The position numbers and the translations under genes were made by a program. A model generated the notes under the pieces. That model was not told where the DNA came from, did not search any database, and saw only the letters and a program-made list of their open reading frames with translations. From Nitrospiraceae bacterium (GTDB lineage Bacteria > Nitrospirota > Nitrospiria > Nitrospirales > Nitrospiraceae), in the NCBI GenBank assembly GCA_050246315.1, contig JBFWWG010000001.1:512001-576000 (forward strand): a stretch of 64,000 nt of DNA. The letters run 5' to 3'. The first letter of the stretch is position 1, and every line of letters starts with the position of its first letter. Shown in pieces: positions 28,261 to 42,460 of the stretch.

Positions 28261-28731
28261 ATGAGGAGGTCCGGACCGAAAGTTGCCGCAGTGATGTCGG
28301 TCGTCCTGCTCGCCGCTGGTCTGTTGAGTGGGACCGAATCCGCCCGGGGCGCCGAGCGCTTCGTGCTGGAGTTCAACGGCGAGGCGGTCCGCGATACGAA
28401 GACCGGACTGATCTGGGAACGAGAACCGGACCGGGAACATGATGTGTGGAGCCGCTCCCTCGCGCGTTGTGGCACGAAATCAGTCGGCGGCCAGAAAGGC
28501 TGGCGGCCTCCGACGATCGAGGAAATCAAGACGCTGGTCGATCTCGATCAAAACGATCCGTCGCTTCCACCCGACCATCCCTTCATCGGCATTCGTTCAG
28601 AGATCTACTGGACTTCCACGCCCCATCCCACCGACGACATCGTCGCTTGGCAACAGAGCTTTCTCACCGGCCAGGCCGTGACCGATCAGAAGTCCGGCAT
28701 GCGGCGGCTCTGGTGTGTGTTGGATCATTGA
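28261..28731 (+). CDS. DUF1566/Lcl-domain exported protein
   Basis: VRDTKTGLIWE, WRPPTIEE, YWTST. Confidence 0.85.
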   Translation: MRRSGPKVAAVMSVVLLAAGLLSGTESARGAERFVLEFNGEAVRDTKTGLIWEREPDREHDVWSRSLARCGTKSVGGQKGWRPPTIEEIKTLVDLDQNDPSLPPDHPFIGIRSEIYWTSTPHPTDDIVAWQQSFLTGQAVTDQKSGMRRLWCVLDH

Positions 28732-28744
28732 CAGACATCAGTCT

Positions 28745-29314
28745 GTGGTCATCCTCCGCGAGTCGATTGCCCGCCTCCTCCGAATCAGTCGCGCGCCATG
28801 GAAGCCTGTCACAGGGTGGCAGATCGCGACAGGCTCGATCGCCCTAGCCTGGTTCTTCTTCTTGCTCAAGACTGATGAGGACGGATTCATCTTTCTTGAC
28901 CACGTCAATCTTGTCTTCCATGAAGCGGGGCATGTGATCTTCGGACTGCTCGGTTCGACGTTCGGGCTGTACGGCGGCACCGTGAGTCAGCTTGCCATGC
29001 CGGCGATCGTGTGGACGGCTTTTTGGCGGCAGCGGGACACGGTGGCCTGCGCGATCGCGGGCATCTGGTTCTTTGAGAACTTCTTGAACATTGCCTGGTA
29101 CATGGCCGACGCTCGTCTGCAGGCCCTCCCTCTTGTCGGTGGTGGGGAACATGATTGGGCCGAGATTCTTGCGCGCTGGGACGTGCTCATGTCCGACCAA
29201 CTGATGGCTCAACGATTGGCTCTGCTGGGCTGGATCGGGATGGTTGCGTCTTGGGGCTGGCTCGGATGGTGCTGGTGGTCTCGAAGCAGAACCGACAACT
29301 CTTTTCTTTCCTGA
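28745..29314 (+). CDS. Membrane protein, M50B-like (HExxH)
   Basis: NLVFHEAGH, YMADAR, HDW; hydrophobic. Confidence 0.75.
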   Translation: MVILRESIARLLRISRAPWKPVTGWQIATGSIALAWFFFLLKTDEDGFIFLDHVNLVFHEAGHVIFGLLGSTFGLYGGTVSQLAMPAIVWTAFWRQRDTVACAIAGIWFFENFLNIAWYMADARLQALPLVGGGEHDWAEILARWDVLMSDQLMAQRLALLGWIGMVASWGWLGWCWWSRSRTDNSFLS

Positions 29315-29411
29315 TCGCGATACTCCATCCGACGACGACCTCTCCTGTTCCATTGCTCGTGCCTCCTGTCCTCTCCGCCCCGTCGCAATCTACGGCGGCT
29401 GGTGTGACACA

Positions 29412-29431
29412 TTCTTATGCCGTTCTTACGC
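29412..29431 (+). promoter_or_regulatory. Putative KdpE box (11-bp period direct repeat)
   Basis: TTCTTATGCCG-TTCTTACGC upstream of the kdp operon. Confidence 0.5.
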
Positions 29432-29738
29432 TGACGGTGCCCGGATTCACACCATTCTGACATCGCGATTGGTAGAGTCAGAAGCGAACGGTGTGAGGGA
29501 CCCACAGCGCACTCCACCAACGGGCGTTCCTTCAGTTGGGTACGATGGGGCTGATCGTGTGAAGCCCGGTGTCGAGCTCGAGGTGTGAGGGTGGATGCTG
29601 CGCCTGATCTTGATGATGCAGGGGAGAGTCGTCAGGGTGAAGAGGATTCACGGCGCATCTGAAACAGGTGGCGTACAAGCAGAAATCGTCGTCGCGAGCG
29701 GTGGGATTAGGAGTCCCAAGGGAAACCGACCGCCTCGG

Positions 29739-29758
29739 TTTTTACACCGTTCTTACAG
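29739..29758 (+). promoter_or_regulatory. Putative KdpE box
   Basis: TTTTTACACCG-TTCTTACAG, 40 bp before the first kdp mini-ORF. Confidence 0.6.
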
Positions 29759-29798
29759 CGAGTCTGATAGGGTGCCTGCTGATGAAAGGAACTGACTC

Positions 29799-29879
29799 AT
29801 GGACGTCGTCATCGTCGCACTGACACTCGGGTTTTTTCTTCTCTGCGGCTGGCTGATTGTCGGGTTGGATCGGCTGTAA
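29799..29879 (+). CDS. 26-aa membrane mini-protein upstream of kdpF
   Basis: MDVVIVALTLGFFLLCGWLIVGLDRL*; RBS AAAGGA; below the ORF-track cutoff. Confidence 0.75.
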   Translation: MDVVIVALTLGFFLLCGWLIVGLDRL

Positions 29880-29891
29880 GGAGGAATACCC

Positions 29892-29981
29892 ATGAGCGCG
29901 ATGTACGTGCTTGCTGGAGTGGCATCAGTCGGACTGCTGATATTTCTTCTGATCGCGTTGCTCAAGGCGGAGTGGTTCTGA
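29892..29981 (+). CDS. kdpF: K+-ATPase subunit F
   Basis: MSAMYVLAGVASVGLLIFLLIALLKAEWF*; RBS AGGAGG; TGATG overlap with kdpA. Confidence 0.88.
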   Translation: MSAMYVLAGVASVGLLIFLLIALLKAEWF

Positions 29982-31789
29982 TGACCGCCAATGGCTGGCT
30001 GCAGATCGCAGTCTTCTTCGCAGTGCTGGTGGCCCTGGTCAAGCCGCTCGGCTGGTACATGGCCCGAGTCTATGACGGCCAACCTTGTGGCTTGGACTAT
30101 CTCGTCGGCCCTGTGGAACGGGTCGTGTATCGACTCTGCGGCGTTCGACCGAACGATGAGATGGACTGGAAGCACTATGGGGTAGCCATGCTGCTCTTCA
30201 ATGCCTCCGGGTTCGTGTTTCTCTACAGCTTGCAGCGGCTCCAGATTTTCATGCCCCTCAACCCGGCCGATCTTGGTGGAGTCGCACCCGATCTGGCATT
30301 TAACACGGCCGCGAGCTTTGTGACCAATACGAACTGGCAGGCGTATGGCGGAGAAACCGCCATGAGCTATTGGACTCAAATGCTCGGCATGACCGTGCAG
30401 AATTTCGTCTCAGCCGCCACCGGGATGTCGGTACTCGTTGCCTTGATCCGGGGCTTGGCCCGCAGCACGTCGGCGACAGTGGGAAATTTCTGGAGCGACC
30501 TGGTTCGCAGCACCCTCTATATCCTCTTGCCGTTGGCGCTCGTGCTGGCCACCATCCTGGTCTCGCAAGGAGCCGTTCAGACGTTACGCGCCTACCAGGA
30601 GGTGTCGCTCCTGCAGCCGGTGACCTATGAGCAACCGGTGACAGGTGCGAACGGCCAACCGGTGCTCGACGAGAACGGGAACGGCGGAAAGACCGAAACG
30701 GCCACCGCACGCGAGGCAATCTTGGCGGTCGGGCCGGCCGCCTCGCAAGTCGCCATCAAACATCTGGGAACCAACGGTGGCGGCTTCTTCAATGCCAACG
30801 CGGCTCATCCTTTCGAGAGTCCTTCACCGCTCACCGATTGGCTCCTCATCTTGGCAGAGGCCGTGCTTGCAGCCTCGTTGACCTACACATTCGGGAAAAT
30901 GGTGGGCGATACGAGGCAGGGGTGGGTGATGCTCTCGGCGATGATGATCGTGCTGTTGGTCTTGGTGGCCGGTGCCTATCTGGCAGAATCATCAGGCAAT
31001 CCTCGCCTTGAGGTGCTGGGGATTGATCAACGCGTCGGCCCTCAACAGTCGGGGGGCAACATGGAAGGGAAGGAAGTCCGGTTCGGGATCGCCCGGAGCG
31101 CATTGTTCGCTTCCGTGACGACGGCCACGTCGACAGGTGCCGTCGACTCCATGCACGATTCGTTCACCCCGCTGGGAGGATCGGTTCCGCTGTTCCTGAT
31201 GCAATTCGGCGAGGTCATCCTCGGCGGCGTCGGCTCAGGCCTGTACGGCATGATCGTCTTCGCCATCATCGCCGTGTTCATCGCAGGACTGATGGTCGGG
31301 CGGACACCGGAATATCTGGGCAAGAAGATCGAGCCCTATGAGATGAAGATGGCCGCGCTGCTCATTCTGATCATGCCGTTGACCGTCTTGGGCTTCACCG
31401 CTATTGCCATCAGCACTGAGGCAGGACGATCGTCTATCTTGAATCCCGGCCCTCATGGCTTCAGCGAAATCCTCTATGCCTATACGTCACAGGCCAATAA
31501 CAACGGGAGCGCGTTCGCGGGCCTGAATGCGAACACTCCCTTCTACAACCTCACCGGCGGCTTCGCGATGCTGATATCTCGGTTCTGGTTGGCGATTCCG
31601 ACCCTCGCGCTCGCGGGCGCACTGGCCCGCAAGAAACCGGTGCCGACCGGTCCCGGAACCTTGCCGACCCACACCGCGTTGTTCGTGGTGCTCTTGATCG
31701 GCGTGGTGGTGATGGTCGGGGTCCTCACGTTTCTACCGGCTCTGGCTTTGGGGCCGGTCGTCGAAGCGCTGATGCTGAAGGGACGGTAA
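29981..31789 (+). CDS. kdpA: K+-ATPase subunit A
   Basis: [41 protein letters not shown]. Confidence 0.98.
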   Translation: MTANGWLQIAVFFAVLVALVKPLGWYMARVYDGQPCGLDYLVGPVERVVYRLCGVRPNDEMDWKHYGVAMLLFNASGFVFLYSLQRLQIFMPLNPADLGGVAPDLAFNTAASFVTNTNWQAYGGETAMSYWTQMLGMTVQNFVSAATGMSVLVALIRGLARSTSATVGNFWSDLVRSTLYILLPLALVLATILVSQGAVQTLRAYQEVSLLQPVTYEQPVTGANGQPVLDENGNGGKTETATAREAILAVGPAASQVAIKHLGTNGGGFFNANAAHPFESPSPLTDWLLILAEAVLAASLTYTFGKMVGDTRQGWVMLSAMMIVLLVLVAGAYLAESSGNPRLEVLGIDQRVGPQQSGGNMEGKEVRFGIARSALFASVTTATSTGAVDSMHDSFTPLGGSVPLFLMQFGEVILGGVGSGLYGMIVFAIIAVFIAGLMVGRTPEYLGKKIEPYEMKMAALLILIMPLTVLGFTAIAISTEAGRSSILNPGPHGFSEILYAYTSQANNNGSAFAGLNANTPFYNLTGGFAMLISRFWLAIPTLALAGALARKKPVPTGPGTLPTHTALFVVLLIGVVVMVGVLTFLPALALGPVVEALMLKGR

Positions 31790-31802
31790 GGAGTCACCGA
31801 CG

Positions 31803-33926
<2,124 letters not shown>

Positions 33927-33966
33927 CCGGGATCATCAAGAGGGGACGAGGAGACAGGAGGAGGAT

Positions 33967-34539
33967 ATGAAGAGCCAAGTACGGCCCGCGCTGACTATGT
34001 TGCTCCTCCTGACTGTCTTGACGGGGCTGGTCTATCCGCTGGCGGTCACAGGGCTGGTCCAACTGTTGTTCCCAGACCAAGCGAACGGCAGCTTGATCCT
34101 GCGCGACGGCACGGTGATCGGGTCCAAGTTGATCGGACAGTTTTTTGACAAACCGGAGTATTTCTGGAGCCGGCCGTCGGCGACCGCGCCGTTTCCTTAC
34201 AATGCTGCTGCGTCGGGAGGGTCGAACCTCGGACCGACCAACCCGGCCTTCATCGAAGCGGTCCAAGCGAGAGTCGCCACCTTACGAGCCGCGGATCCGG
34301 GCAACGACCTGCCCATCCCGGTCGACCTGGTCACCGCCTCCGCGAGCGGGTTGGATCCTCACATCAGTCCGGCGGCTGCGGCTTATCAGGTGAAGCGCGT
34401 CGCACGGGCGCGTGGCTTGGATGAGGAGGCTGTGCAGCGGCTCGTGGCTGAGCACACCGATGGTCGGCAATTCGGATTGCTCGGTGAGCCGCGGGTGCAT
34501 GTGCTGTTGCTCAATCAGGCGTTGGATCAACACCGATAG
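33967..34539 (+). CDS. kdpC: K+-ATPase subunit C
   Basis: [25 protein letters not shown]. Confidence 0.97.
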   Translation: MKSQVRPALTMLLLLTVLTGLVYPLAVTGLVQLLFPDQANGSLILRDGTVIGSKLIGQFFDKPEYFWSRPSATAPFPYNAAASGGSNLGPTNPAFIEAVQARVATLRAADPGNDLPIPVDLVTASASGLDPHISPAAAAYQVKRVARARGLDEEAVQRLVAEHTDGRQFGLLGEPRVHVLLLNQALDQHR

Positions 34540-34642
34540 CGCTGCTGCCGCTGGCACCATCCGTGGTTGAAGGTTCACGCCTCCTTTTCTACAATCATCC
34601 GTTGAGACTGTTCTGTCCACGCCAATCCTGATTGTCCCGCGC

Positions 34643-37345
34643 ATGACCGACAATCGACCAGACCCGGACGCGCTGCTCAAGCGCGTGCAGGACGAGGAAG
34701 CCCGTCGAGAGCGGGGCAGCCTCAAGATCTTCTTCGGCGCTAACCCCGGTGTTGGGAAGACGTATGCGATGTTGGGAGCCGCTCACGAACAACGGCGTGA
34801 AGGCATCGATGTCGTGATCGGGGTGGTCGAGACCCATGGACGGGCCGAGACCGAAGCGTTGGTCCAGGGTCTCGAAGCCATTCCCCTGCAACGTGTCGAA
34901 TACCGGGGCTCGACGCTGTCAGAATTCGATCTCGATGCCGCGCTTGCCCGCCGTCCGAGGATCATTCTGGTCGATGAGCTGGCCCATACCAACGCACCGG
35001 GCCTGCGGCATGCCAAACGATGGCAGGATGTCCAGGAGTTATTGAAGGCGGGCATCCATGTCTATGCCACGGTCAACGTGCAACACCTGGAAAGCTTGAA
35101 TGATGTCGTGCTTCAGATCACCGGCGTGCGTGTCCGTGAGACGATTCCGGATTCTGTGCTCGAACGAGCGGATGACGTCGAACTCATCGATCTTCCGCCT
35201 GACGATCTCCTGCAACGACTCCGGGACGGAAAGGTGTATGTCCCTGAGCAGATCCAGCACGCGATCCAGAATTTTTTCACCAAGGGCAACCTGATCGCGC
35301 TTCGTGAATTGGCCTTGCGGCGCACCGCCGAGCGGGTAGACCAGCAGATGGACGTCTACCGCCGGGATCATGCGGTGGTGCAAACCTGGCCGGCCGCGGA
35401 GACGATTCTTGTTTGCGTGAATATGAAGCCGCGCGGGCCTCGCCTGATACGAGCCGCCAGGCAGATGGCGGCGGGGTTGCATGCCAAATGGATCGCGGCC
35501 TATGTCCAGATTCCTCGACACCTCACGTTGCCGCAATCGGACCGGGACCGCGTCGTTCATACGCTTCGTCTCGCCGAGCAACTGGGAGCTGAGACCGTCA
35601 CGCTGACCGGGGAGGATGTGACGCAGGAGCTCTTGGCCTATGCCCGCAGCCGCAATGTCACCAAGATCATCGTCGGCAAACCCGTGCGGGCCTGGTGGAA
35701 AGAATGGCTCTTCGGGTCCGTCGTCTCCGACTTGGTTCATCGGAGCGGAGACATTGACATCTATGTCATCACCGGCGAGGCAGGAGAAGGCCGGCCGCTG
35801 GCCTCGCAAGTGATGCAGACGTCCGGTACCTGGGTGGAATACCGGCTTGCCGCCGTCGTGGTCTGTCTCGCTACGGCTGTCGCCTGGATGATGACCCCGT
35901 ATTTTGGATCGGCCAATCTCATCATGGTCTATATGATCGGCGTCGTGGTGACCGCGATCCGATATGGCCAAGGTCCCTCCGTGTTGGCCTCATTCTTGAG
36001 TGTCGCGGCATTTGATTTTTTCTTCGTGCCGCCGCTCTACTCGTTTTCGGTGTCCGATATTCAGTATCTCCTGACGTTCGGAGTTATGCTGGCCGTGGCG
36101 CTGACGGTCAGCGGATTGGCCGTCCGGATCCGCCGACAGACAGAAATGGCGCGCTATCGCGAGAAGCGGACATCGGTGCTCTATGCCATGAGCCGTGATC
36201 TCGCGACTCATCGCGGGACGGGGACGTTGGCCAATCTGGCCGCGAAGCATCTGCGCGACGTGTTCGACAGCCAGGTGGCTATTTTTCTGTCGGACTCAGA
36301 CAAACGGCTTCAATTGCAGCGCGGCGAGCAGCTCTTCTTCGAATTCGATCCCAAGGAGGCCGGGGTGGCCCAGTGGGTGTTCGAGCATAACGAGCGGGCC
36401 GGGCTCGGGAGCAATACGTTGCCGGGTTCCAACACCCTCTATTTGCCCTTGGTCGGTTCCGGGGGGTCGATCGGCGTCGTGGCCGTGCGGCCCTCACAGC
36501 CGACCAAGGTGCTCGACCCGGATCATCTGCACCTGCTGGAATCGCTGGTCAGCCAGGTTTCGCTGGCGATCGAGCGAGCCCGTCTCTCGGAGGAGGCGGA
36601 GCGAGCTCACGTGCAGGTCGAAACGGAGCGCATGCGCAACGCCATCCTCAGCTCCGTGTCGCACGATCTACGCACCCCCTTGGCCGCAATCACCGGTGCG
36701 ACCGGCAGCCTCCTGGACGAATCGGGACGGATGGAGGCCGTCACGAGGGATGAGTTGATCCGATCCATCCACCAGGAGGCCGACAGGATGGATCGGTTGG
36801 TGAAGAACCTGCTGGATATGATGCGACTCGAAGCCGGGGCCCTCCACCTGAACAAGGATTGGCATCCCTTGGAGGAGGTGGTCGGGTCCGCGTTGGCCCG
36901 AATGGAGCGGCGCTTGTCCGGGCATCGCGTGGCGGTCTCGTTTCCCGCCGATCTGCCGCTCCTGTTCGTGGACGGAGTCCTCCTTCAGCAGGTCGTGATC
37001 AATTTACTGGAGAACGCGGCCAAGTATGCCCCCGCCGGCAGCACCATCGAGCTGTCCGCGTCGGCTAAGGAGCGAGAAGTCTTCGTTGAGGTTGCGGACC
37101 GTGGGTCGGGCTTGCCGCCCGGCGAAGAGGGCCGCGTCTTCGATGAGTTTTACCGGGCTAAACAGACGGGAGACGGAGGGGTCGGACTGGGCCTAACCAT
37201 TTGCCGAGGCATTATCGAAGCCCACGGAGGGAGGATCTGGGCGGAGAATCGCGGCGGCGGCGGTGCGCGATTCCGTTTCGCGATCCCGTTGCCCGAACGC
37301 CAGCCCGTCGTGCCCGCGGATCAGATGGAACCTCGATCGGCCTGA
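34643..37345 (+). CDS. kdpD: Sensor histidine kinase
   Basis: [19 protein letters not shown] domain, TM segments, SHDLRTPL, G boxes. Confidence 0.97.
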   Translation: MTDNRPDPDALLKRVQDEEARRERGSLKIFFGANPGVGKTYAMLGAAHEQRREGIDVVIGVVETHGRAETEALVQGLEAIPLQRVEYRGSTLSEFDLDAALARRPRIILVDELAHTNAPGLRHAKRWQDVQELLKAGIHVYATVNVQHLESLNDVVLQITGVRVRETIPDSVLERADDVELIDLPPDDLLQRLRDGKVYVPEQIQHAIQNFFTKGNLIALRELALRRTAERVDQQMDVYRRDHAVVQTWPAAETILVCVNMKPRGPRLIRAARQMAAGLHAKWIAAYVQIPRHLTLPQSDRDRVVHTLRLAEQLGAETVTLTGEDVTQELLAYARSRNVTKIIVGKPVRAWWKEWLFGSVVSDLVHRSGDIDIYVITGEAGEGRPLASQVMQTSGTWVEYRLAAVVVCLATAVAWMMTPYFGSANLIMVYMIGVVVTAIRYGQGPSVLASFLSVAAFDFFFVPPLYSFSVSDIQYLLTFGVMLAVALTVSGLAVRIRRQTEMARYREKRTSVLYAMSRDLATHRGTGTLANLAAKHLRDVFDSQVAIFLSDSDKRLQLQRGEQLFFEFDPKEAGVAQWVFEHNERAGLGSNTLPGSNTLYLPLVGSGGSIGVVAVRPSQPTKVLDPDHLHLLESLVSQVSLAIERARLSEEAERAHVQVETERMRNAILSSVSHDLRTPLAAITGATGSLLDESGRMEAVTRDELIRSIHQEADRMDRLVKNLLDMMRLEAGALHLNKDWHPLEEVVGSALARMERRLSGHRVAVSFPADLPLLFVDGVLLQQVVINLLENAAKYAPAGSTIELSASAKEREVFVEVADRGSGLPPGEEGRVFDEFYRAKQTGDGGVGLGLTICRGIIEAHGGRIWAENRGGGGARFRFAIPLPERQPVVPADQMEPRSA

Positions 37346-37397
37346 CCATGGGCCGACAGAAGGCTGATGAATGAGTGAGGGACGGGTAGAGGATCAA

Positions 37398-38096
37398 ATG
37401 TCCGGGCATGAGGCGATGCTCCTTGTGATCGAGGACGAGCCGGAGATTCGCCGGTTCCTGCGCGCCTCGCTGCCGGCGCACGGCTATCGGCTGCACGAGG
37501 CGACTACCGGGCGGGACGGCCTAGCCGAGGCGAAAGCGCGCAATCCCGATCTGATCCTACTCGATCTGGGCCTTCCGGATTTGGATGGGACCGAAGTGAT
37601 CCGACAGATCCGAGAGTGGTCCGCGATGCCGATCATCGTCCTGTCGGCCCGCGATCAAGAACACGTCAAGGTCGCCGCACTCGACCTCGGCGCCGACGAC
37701 TATGTCACGAAGCCGTTCGGACTCTCCGAGCTGCTGGCCCGCCTCCGGACGGCGCTTCGGCATGCGCGCCGCCCTAGCGAGGGGACGCCGGAACCGGTCT
37801 TTCTGATCGGCGACTTGTCCGTCGATCTGGAACGACGCCTGGTGCGGAAGAAGGACCAAGAGATCCGATTGACGGCGACCGAATACAAGCTCCTCACGAC
37901 GTTGATCAAGCATGCCGGAAAAGTGCTGACGCATCGTCAGTTGCTGAAAGAAGTCTGGGGGCCGTTGCACGTCGAAGCGGCGCACTATCTGCGCGTCTAT
38001 ATGCGGCAACTTCGTAACAAGTTAGAGACCAACCCCGCCCATCCGCGGCATCTAGTGACGGAGGTCGGCGTCGGGTATCGGCTGCGCGTTGAGTAG
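37398..38096 (+). CDS. kdpE: Response regulator
   Basis: LDLGLPD, GADDYVTKPF, YLRVYMRQLR, GVGYR. Confidence 0.96.
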   Translation: MSGHEAMLLVIEDEPEIRRFLRASLPAHGYRLHEATTGRDGLAEAKARNPDLILLDLGLPDLDGTEVIRQIREWSAMPIIVLSARDQEHVKVAALDLGADDYVTKPFGLSELLARLRTALRHARRPSEGTPEPVFLIGDLSVDLERRLVRKKDQEIRLTATEYKLLTTLIKHAGKVLTHRQLLKEVWGPLHVEAAHYLRVYMRQLRNKLETNPAHPRHLVTEVGVGYRLRVE

Positions 38097-38120
38097 CCCT
38101 CCGTCATACTGACGCTCGCC

Positions 38121-38229
38121 CGCTGCGAAAAAACCCTCTCTTCAGCCGTCGAAGGTCTCAGGACGAACGGAGCGGTCATCGAATATACTGATGTTCTCCG
38201 ATCGTGCTGAGCGATGCACCCAATCGAGT
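38121..38229. mobile_element. Degenerate copy of MITE family D
   Basis: Near reverse complement of 54600-54715 (CTCAGGACGAACGGAGC...GATCGTGCTGAGC). Confidence 0.7.
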
Positions 38230-38297
38230 CCTCCGCTACTTGCCGGGAGCCGTTCGTCCCTGTTCCGACGAGGTGCGCGCTCGTCATGACCAGGAGG

Positions 38298-39509
38298 CTA
38301 GGGTGAATCAAACGTCCCGATGACCGAGAACAGCACGAGGTTCTGTCCGGGGGCCAGGGTGTTGTCGGTTCCCTTGAAGAATCCACCTCCCGATCCGGTT
38401 GACTCATCGTGCCGGTATTCCAGCCGGAAGATCGTATTCGTCCATTTATAGGGAAGGCGATACTGCAGCGTGGTCGTCACGGCTTTGACGAACTGCTCGG
38501 ACCCCGTGATGAGGCCGCTCGCGTCTGAGTAGAATTCGGGTCGGAACGCCACGCTCCACGGACCGGCGATATGCCACCGCATGGTCAGGTCTCCTCCGGT
38601 GAAGACTTCACGCCGATGGCCGGTCACGGAGGCATTTCTTTGGGTTCCCACCTGGTAATCGAGTGCCACGCTCACACGGTCGCTTTTCCATTCGATGATC
38701 GTATCGGAGAACAGCCGCCAGAATTCCAATCCCGTGTCGGCCTGATCGGGTCCGTAATAGAGGGTCTGTTTGATCGTCCAGGAGGAGGCGGGGGTGTACG
38801 TGACCTGGCCTCCATAGCTGGGGAGGCTGTTCGCCTTTGACAGGTGAAAGTATCCGTTGATGATGAAGAATGCGCCGGTCCACCGGTCGTTGAATGGATA
38901 GACCGCGTTGACGCCGAACATAAGATAGGGCGAGTAGTCGGCCATCCACGCCCTGGTGTAGGTAGCATTGTCCTTTGCATACAGCGATTCATAGCCGATG
39001 AAACTGTTGAAGAGCCCTCCTTGTAGCGTGAGGCCATTGCCGACCGGCGCGAGGTAGGAGACGTTCGCACGGCCGAAGTGTCGCCAGACATCGGCGTGCT
39101 GCACTGGCGGCAACCCGACCTCGAACCCGAACGCTTTAGAGTCCTCGCCCGCCTGTACTAATAGTTCGGTTCCCCAGCGAGAGGCAATCGTCGCATCTTT
39201 TTTGACATAGGCGGCCCCCATGTTGATCTCGAGATCATTCACCCGCGGCGTGGTCCCCCGACTCCGCCAGAGGTGATTGCCGGGGAAATTGCTGTCGAGC
39301 CCATAGGCGAAATCGAGGAACCCTCCGTAGTGCCAGAGCGACGTTTCGGGCTTCGGCGCGTCAGATCGCGACTCCGCAGGCGTGCCGGTGTTTGAAGGGA
39401 CGTTCTCCGATGGCCGAGGGAGTGCTTCCTCGGCTGCCGCATGGACCGGACTGATCGAGACACACAACCATGCGATCAGGATGAGCGCCCGAATAAATGT
39501 CCGGCTCAT
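38298..39509 (-). CDS. Outer-membrane beta-barrel porin (BBP2/DUF1597-like), paralogue 1
   Basis: Signal peptide; [27 protein letters not shown]-terminal aromatic strand. Confidence 0.8.
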   Translation of the reverse strand: MSRTFIRALILIAWLCVSISPVHAAAEEALPRPSENVPSNTGTPAESRSDAPKPETSLWHYGGFLDFAYGLDSNFPGNHLWRSRGTTPRVNDLEINMGAAYVKKDATIASRWGTELLVQAGEDSKAFGFEVGLPPVQHADVWRHFGRANVSYLAPVGNGLTLQGGLFNSFIGYESLYAKDNATYTRAWMADYSPYLMFGVNAVYPFNDRWTGAFFIINGYFHLSKANSLPSYGGQVTYTPASSWTIKQTLYYGPDQADTGLEFWRLFSDTIIEWKSDRVSVALDYQVGTQRNASVTGHRREVFTGGDLTMRWHIAGPWSVAFRPEFYSDASGLITGSEQFVKAVTTTLQYRLPYKWTNTIFRLEYRHDESTGSGGGFFKGTDNTLAPGQNLVLFSVIGTFDSP

Positions 39510-39708
39510 GCGAACGGAGTCTCCTTGTCGAAGGTGACGATGCTCTTCGATCGATGACCGGTATTCCTTCCCCGACAAAGAGTGGCGCATTATCTATTAA
39601 AATGGGGTAAAAAGGCGATGCAATCGCATCAAGAGGTCATCAAACCGGAAGAGAGTTGATGAGAGTTCTGAATACCTTGAGGAAGACACCTCTTCAGACT
39701 AAGCCGGC

Positions 39709-40950
39709 GTGATCGAGCAAAAAGGCAAGACAGCAGATCTGCCGGTATTCGGCCTCTTCCAAGTCTGGCTGGTTGCGTTGTTCTTGGCAGTGAATAGTCC
39801 TCCTGCCTGTGCGCAAGAGCCTCCGCCGACGCCGGTCATCCCGCCGGAGGTGTCAGGCTCCAAACAAGAGCACGCGACGAGATCGCTCTGGCGCTACGGC
39901 GCCTACCTCGATCTGAGTTATGCGATCGACTTTAATTTCCCCGAGAATCATCTCTGGCGCAGCAAGGTCACGACGCAGCGCGTCAACGAGTTGAACCTCA
40001 ATATGGCGCTCGCTTACGTCAGGAAGGATGCGAACGACGCGTCGCGTTGGGGAATGGAATTGGCGCTCCAGACAGGCAGGGACGTCAAAGGACAAGTCCC
40101 CAATGCCAGTCTTAGGCACGGAGACCCCTATTCCGGTTCCGATACTTTCACCCACTTTTCCCGGGCCAACGTGTCGTATCTGGCGCCGGTCGGCAATGGT
40201 TTGACGGTCACCGCCGGCCTGATGAACAGCTTTATCGGTTACGAGTCGTTTTACGCCAAAGACAACCTGGCCTACACCAGATCGTATCTGGCGGACAACT
40301 CTCCCTATTTCATGTTCGGAATTGCTGCGCAATACCAGTGGAATGATGCGGTCAAGAGCGTGTTCTACGTGATCAATCGATATAACTATCTCTCGTATCC
40401 CAACAATCTTCCGAGTTACGGGACCCAGGTGAGTTGGAAGGTCTTGCCGGACGTCACGTTCACGCAGAACCTCTATTATGGGCCGGACCAATCAAATACC
40501 GACCTCCAGTATTGGCGCTTCTTCTCCGACAGTATCCTGGAGTGGAAACGCGACCAACTTACCCTGGCCTTTGTCTATGATGTCGGGACAGAGAGGGCGA
40601 TCCCTCAGGCCGGCGGCGAACGGACCTTTTGGACCGGGAGCGCGATTCATTCTCAGTGGCGATTCACCAAAGCCTGGGCGATTGCCGTTCGGCCCGAGGT
40701 GTACTACGATCCGGACGGCACCCTCACAGGCGCCAAGCAATTGATCAAGGCAGTCACCACCACACTGGAATACAGGTTGCTCTACGCCTGGACGACGACG
40801 CTGTTTCGTCTTGAGTACCGGTTCGATCATTCCACGGGGTCGCAGGGCGGTTTCTTCACGGGAGGGGAAGTCGCCCCGGGCGTGATCGGACTGACCCCGT
40901 CACAAAATCTGCTGTTCTTCTCGATCCTTTGGAGTTTTGATTCCCGTTAG
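39709..40950 (+). CDS. Outer-membrane beta-barrel porin, paralogue 2
   Basis: Clearly homologous to the divergent neighbour over its full length. Confidence 0.8.
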   Translation: MIEQKGKTADLPVFGLFQVWLVALFLAVNSPPACAQEPPPTPVIPPEVSGSKQEHATRSLWRYGAYLDLSYAIDFNFPENHLWRSKVTTQRVNELNLNMALAYVRKDANDASRWGMELALQTGRDVKGQVPNASLRHGDPYSGSDTFTHFSRANVSYLAPVGNGLTVTAGLMNSFIGYESFYAKDNLAYTRSYLADNSPYFMFGIAAQYQWNDAVKSVFYVINRYNYLSYPNNLPSYGTQVSWKVLPDVTFTQNLYYGPDQSNTDLQYWRFFSDSILEWKRDQLTLAFVYDVGTERAIPQAGGERTFWTGSAIHSQWRFTKAWAIAVRPEVYYDPDGTLTGAKQLIKAVTTTLEYRLLYAWTTTLFRLEYRFDHSTGSQGGFFTGGEVAPGVIGLTPSQNLLFFSILWSFDSR

Positions 40951-41861
40951 TGTGGAGGAACGCGCAGCGTGGTGTCGGACAATTCTTCGAGGGCGAGCAG
41001 CAGCGCCTGCGTCCCGCACCGGCCATGGCCTTGCGCCTCCAGCGATCGATAGAGTCGATGCGCCAAGGCCAGGCCGGGCAGGTCGAGACCCATGCGCCGG
41101 CTTTCCTCCAGTGCGATCCCCAGGTCTTTCACGAAGTGCTCCACGAAGAATCCCGGGTCGAAGTTGCGCGCCAACATGCGGGGCGCCAGATGGTCGAGCG
41201 TCCAACAGGCGGCGGCTCCGCCGCTGATGGATTCCAGCATGCGCGGAAGGTCCAGCCCGGCCTTGTAGCCGTACAGGAGGCTTTCGCAGACCCCGATCAT
41301 GGAGGACGCAATGACGATCTGGTTGCAGAGCTTCGTGTGTTGGCCGGCACCGGGGCCTCCCTGGTGACGGACCCTGTTGCCCATCAGCATGAAGAGCGGC
41401 ATCAGCCTGTCCACGGCTGTCTGATCGCCGCCGACCATGATTGAGAGGGTCGCCTGGCGGGCTCCTACGTCCCCACCCGACACGGGCGCATCCAATGCCG
41501 TCCCGCCGCTGGCCTGTGCGGCCGCAGCAATCTCTTCTGAGAGATGCGGCTCGGTCGTCGTCATGTCCACCAGGACCATGCCGGCTCTCGTGCCGGCGAG
41601 AATTCCATCCTCGCCGAAGTACACCGCGCGCACGTCTTGAGGAAAGCCGACCATCGTGAACAGCACCTCGGACTGCTCCGCAACAGCTCTCGGAGAGTCG
41701 GCCCAACAGGCCCCTCGCTCGATCAATTCCTGCGCCTTGGCTTTGGTCCTGGTGAACAGATGGATCTTATAGTCGTTCGCCAGGAGATGACCGCACATCG
41801 AAGCTCCCATGACACCGGTGCCGATCCATCCAAGGTTGATGGGCCGGTTGCTCCTATCCAT
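40947..41861 (-). CDS. NAD(P)-dependent beta-hydroxyacid dehydrogenase (3-hydroxyisobutyrate DH family)
   Basis: [28 protein letters not shown]. Confidence 0.92.
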   Translation of the reverse strand: MDRSNRPINLGWIGTGVMGASMCGHLLANDYKIHLFTRTKAKAQELIERGACWADSPRAVAEQSEVLFTMVGFPQDVRAVYFGEDGILAGTRAGMVLVDMTTTEPHLSEEIAAAAQASGGTALDAPVSGGDVGARQATLSIMVGGDQTAVDRLMPLFMLMGNRVRHQGGPGAGQHTKLCNQIVIASSMIGVCESLLYGYKAGLDLPRMLESISGGAAACWTLDHLAPRMLARNFDPGFFVEHFVKDLGIALEESRRMGLDLPGLALAHRLYRSLEAQGHGRCGTQALLLALEELSDTTLRVPPH

Positions 41862-41885
41862 GACCGATCCTTTCGTCTGGAACCG

Positions 41886-42150
41886 GCAGGATGTTGGAGA
41901 AGTCCGCCAGCCGGGTACCCGCCTGGCGGGTGATCGCGTCGCTCAGAGGCTCAACGTACGAGAAAGAGTACGATTCCCCTCTTCGCTCGCTGCGGCCGCG
42001 CCCGAGGAAAAGTGCGTCCCGGCGCACCGGGGTTGGGCGGGTGAGAATGTCGGCCTTTTTGAACATCCTGCACCGGGTTCTGAGATGATTGGTGACCGCT
42101 CGCTGTATCGCATTTCACCCGTACTCGAATGGTTTTCAACAGCCTGCTAG
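41886..42150. mobile_element. Composite MITE (GCAGGATGTTG...CAACAGCCTGC ends)
   Basis: Imperfect TIRs, with an internal second end TTTTTGAACATCCTGC; abuts CTAG. Confidence 0.65.
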
Positions 42151-42278
42151 TGTTGTGTCCCGTAAGTTTCGGTAATAACCCGTTCGCCCTGAGCGTGTCG
42201 AAGGGCGCCCACTTTCAACGCGTTCCGTTCATGGTTCGACAGGCTCACCACGAACGAACTTCTGCGATGCACCACTAG
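42147..42278. mobile_element. MITE with CTAG-tipped TIRs containing palindromic CCTGAGC.TGTCGAA repeats
   Basis: CTAGTGTTGTGTCCCGTAAGTT ... AACTTCTGCGATGCACCACTAG. Confidence 0.65.
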
Positions 42279-42460
42279 AAGGGCCTGCTCAGCTATCGGC
42301 CACAAGGACGACGGAAGAGAGATTTTACTCCGAGCCTGCCGAACGGCGTCGTAGAATACAGCCTTCCGGTAGCGGGAGGCCAGCCCGGAGACCGCCCGGA
42401 CTTCCGCATCCTCGATCCTGTGCCACGATCCTGCCGCCCTGACTCCTCGGTTGGGGCAGA

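Noticed and set aside
29440..29735. c-di-AMP (ydaO) riboswitch upstream of kdp
   Set aside because: Could not find the conserved elements by eye; an Rfam scan would be decisive.
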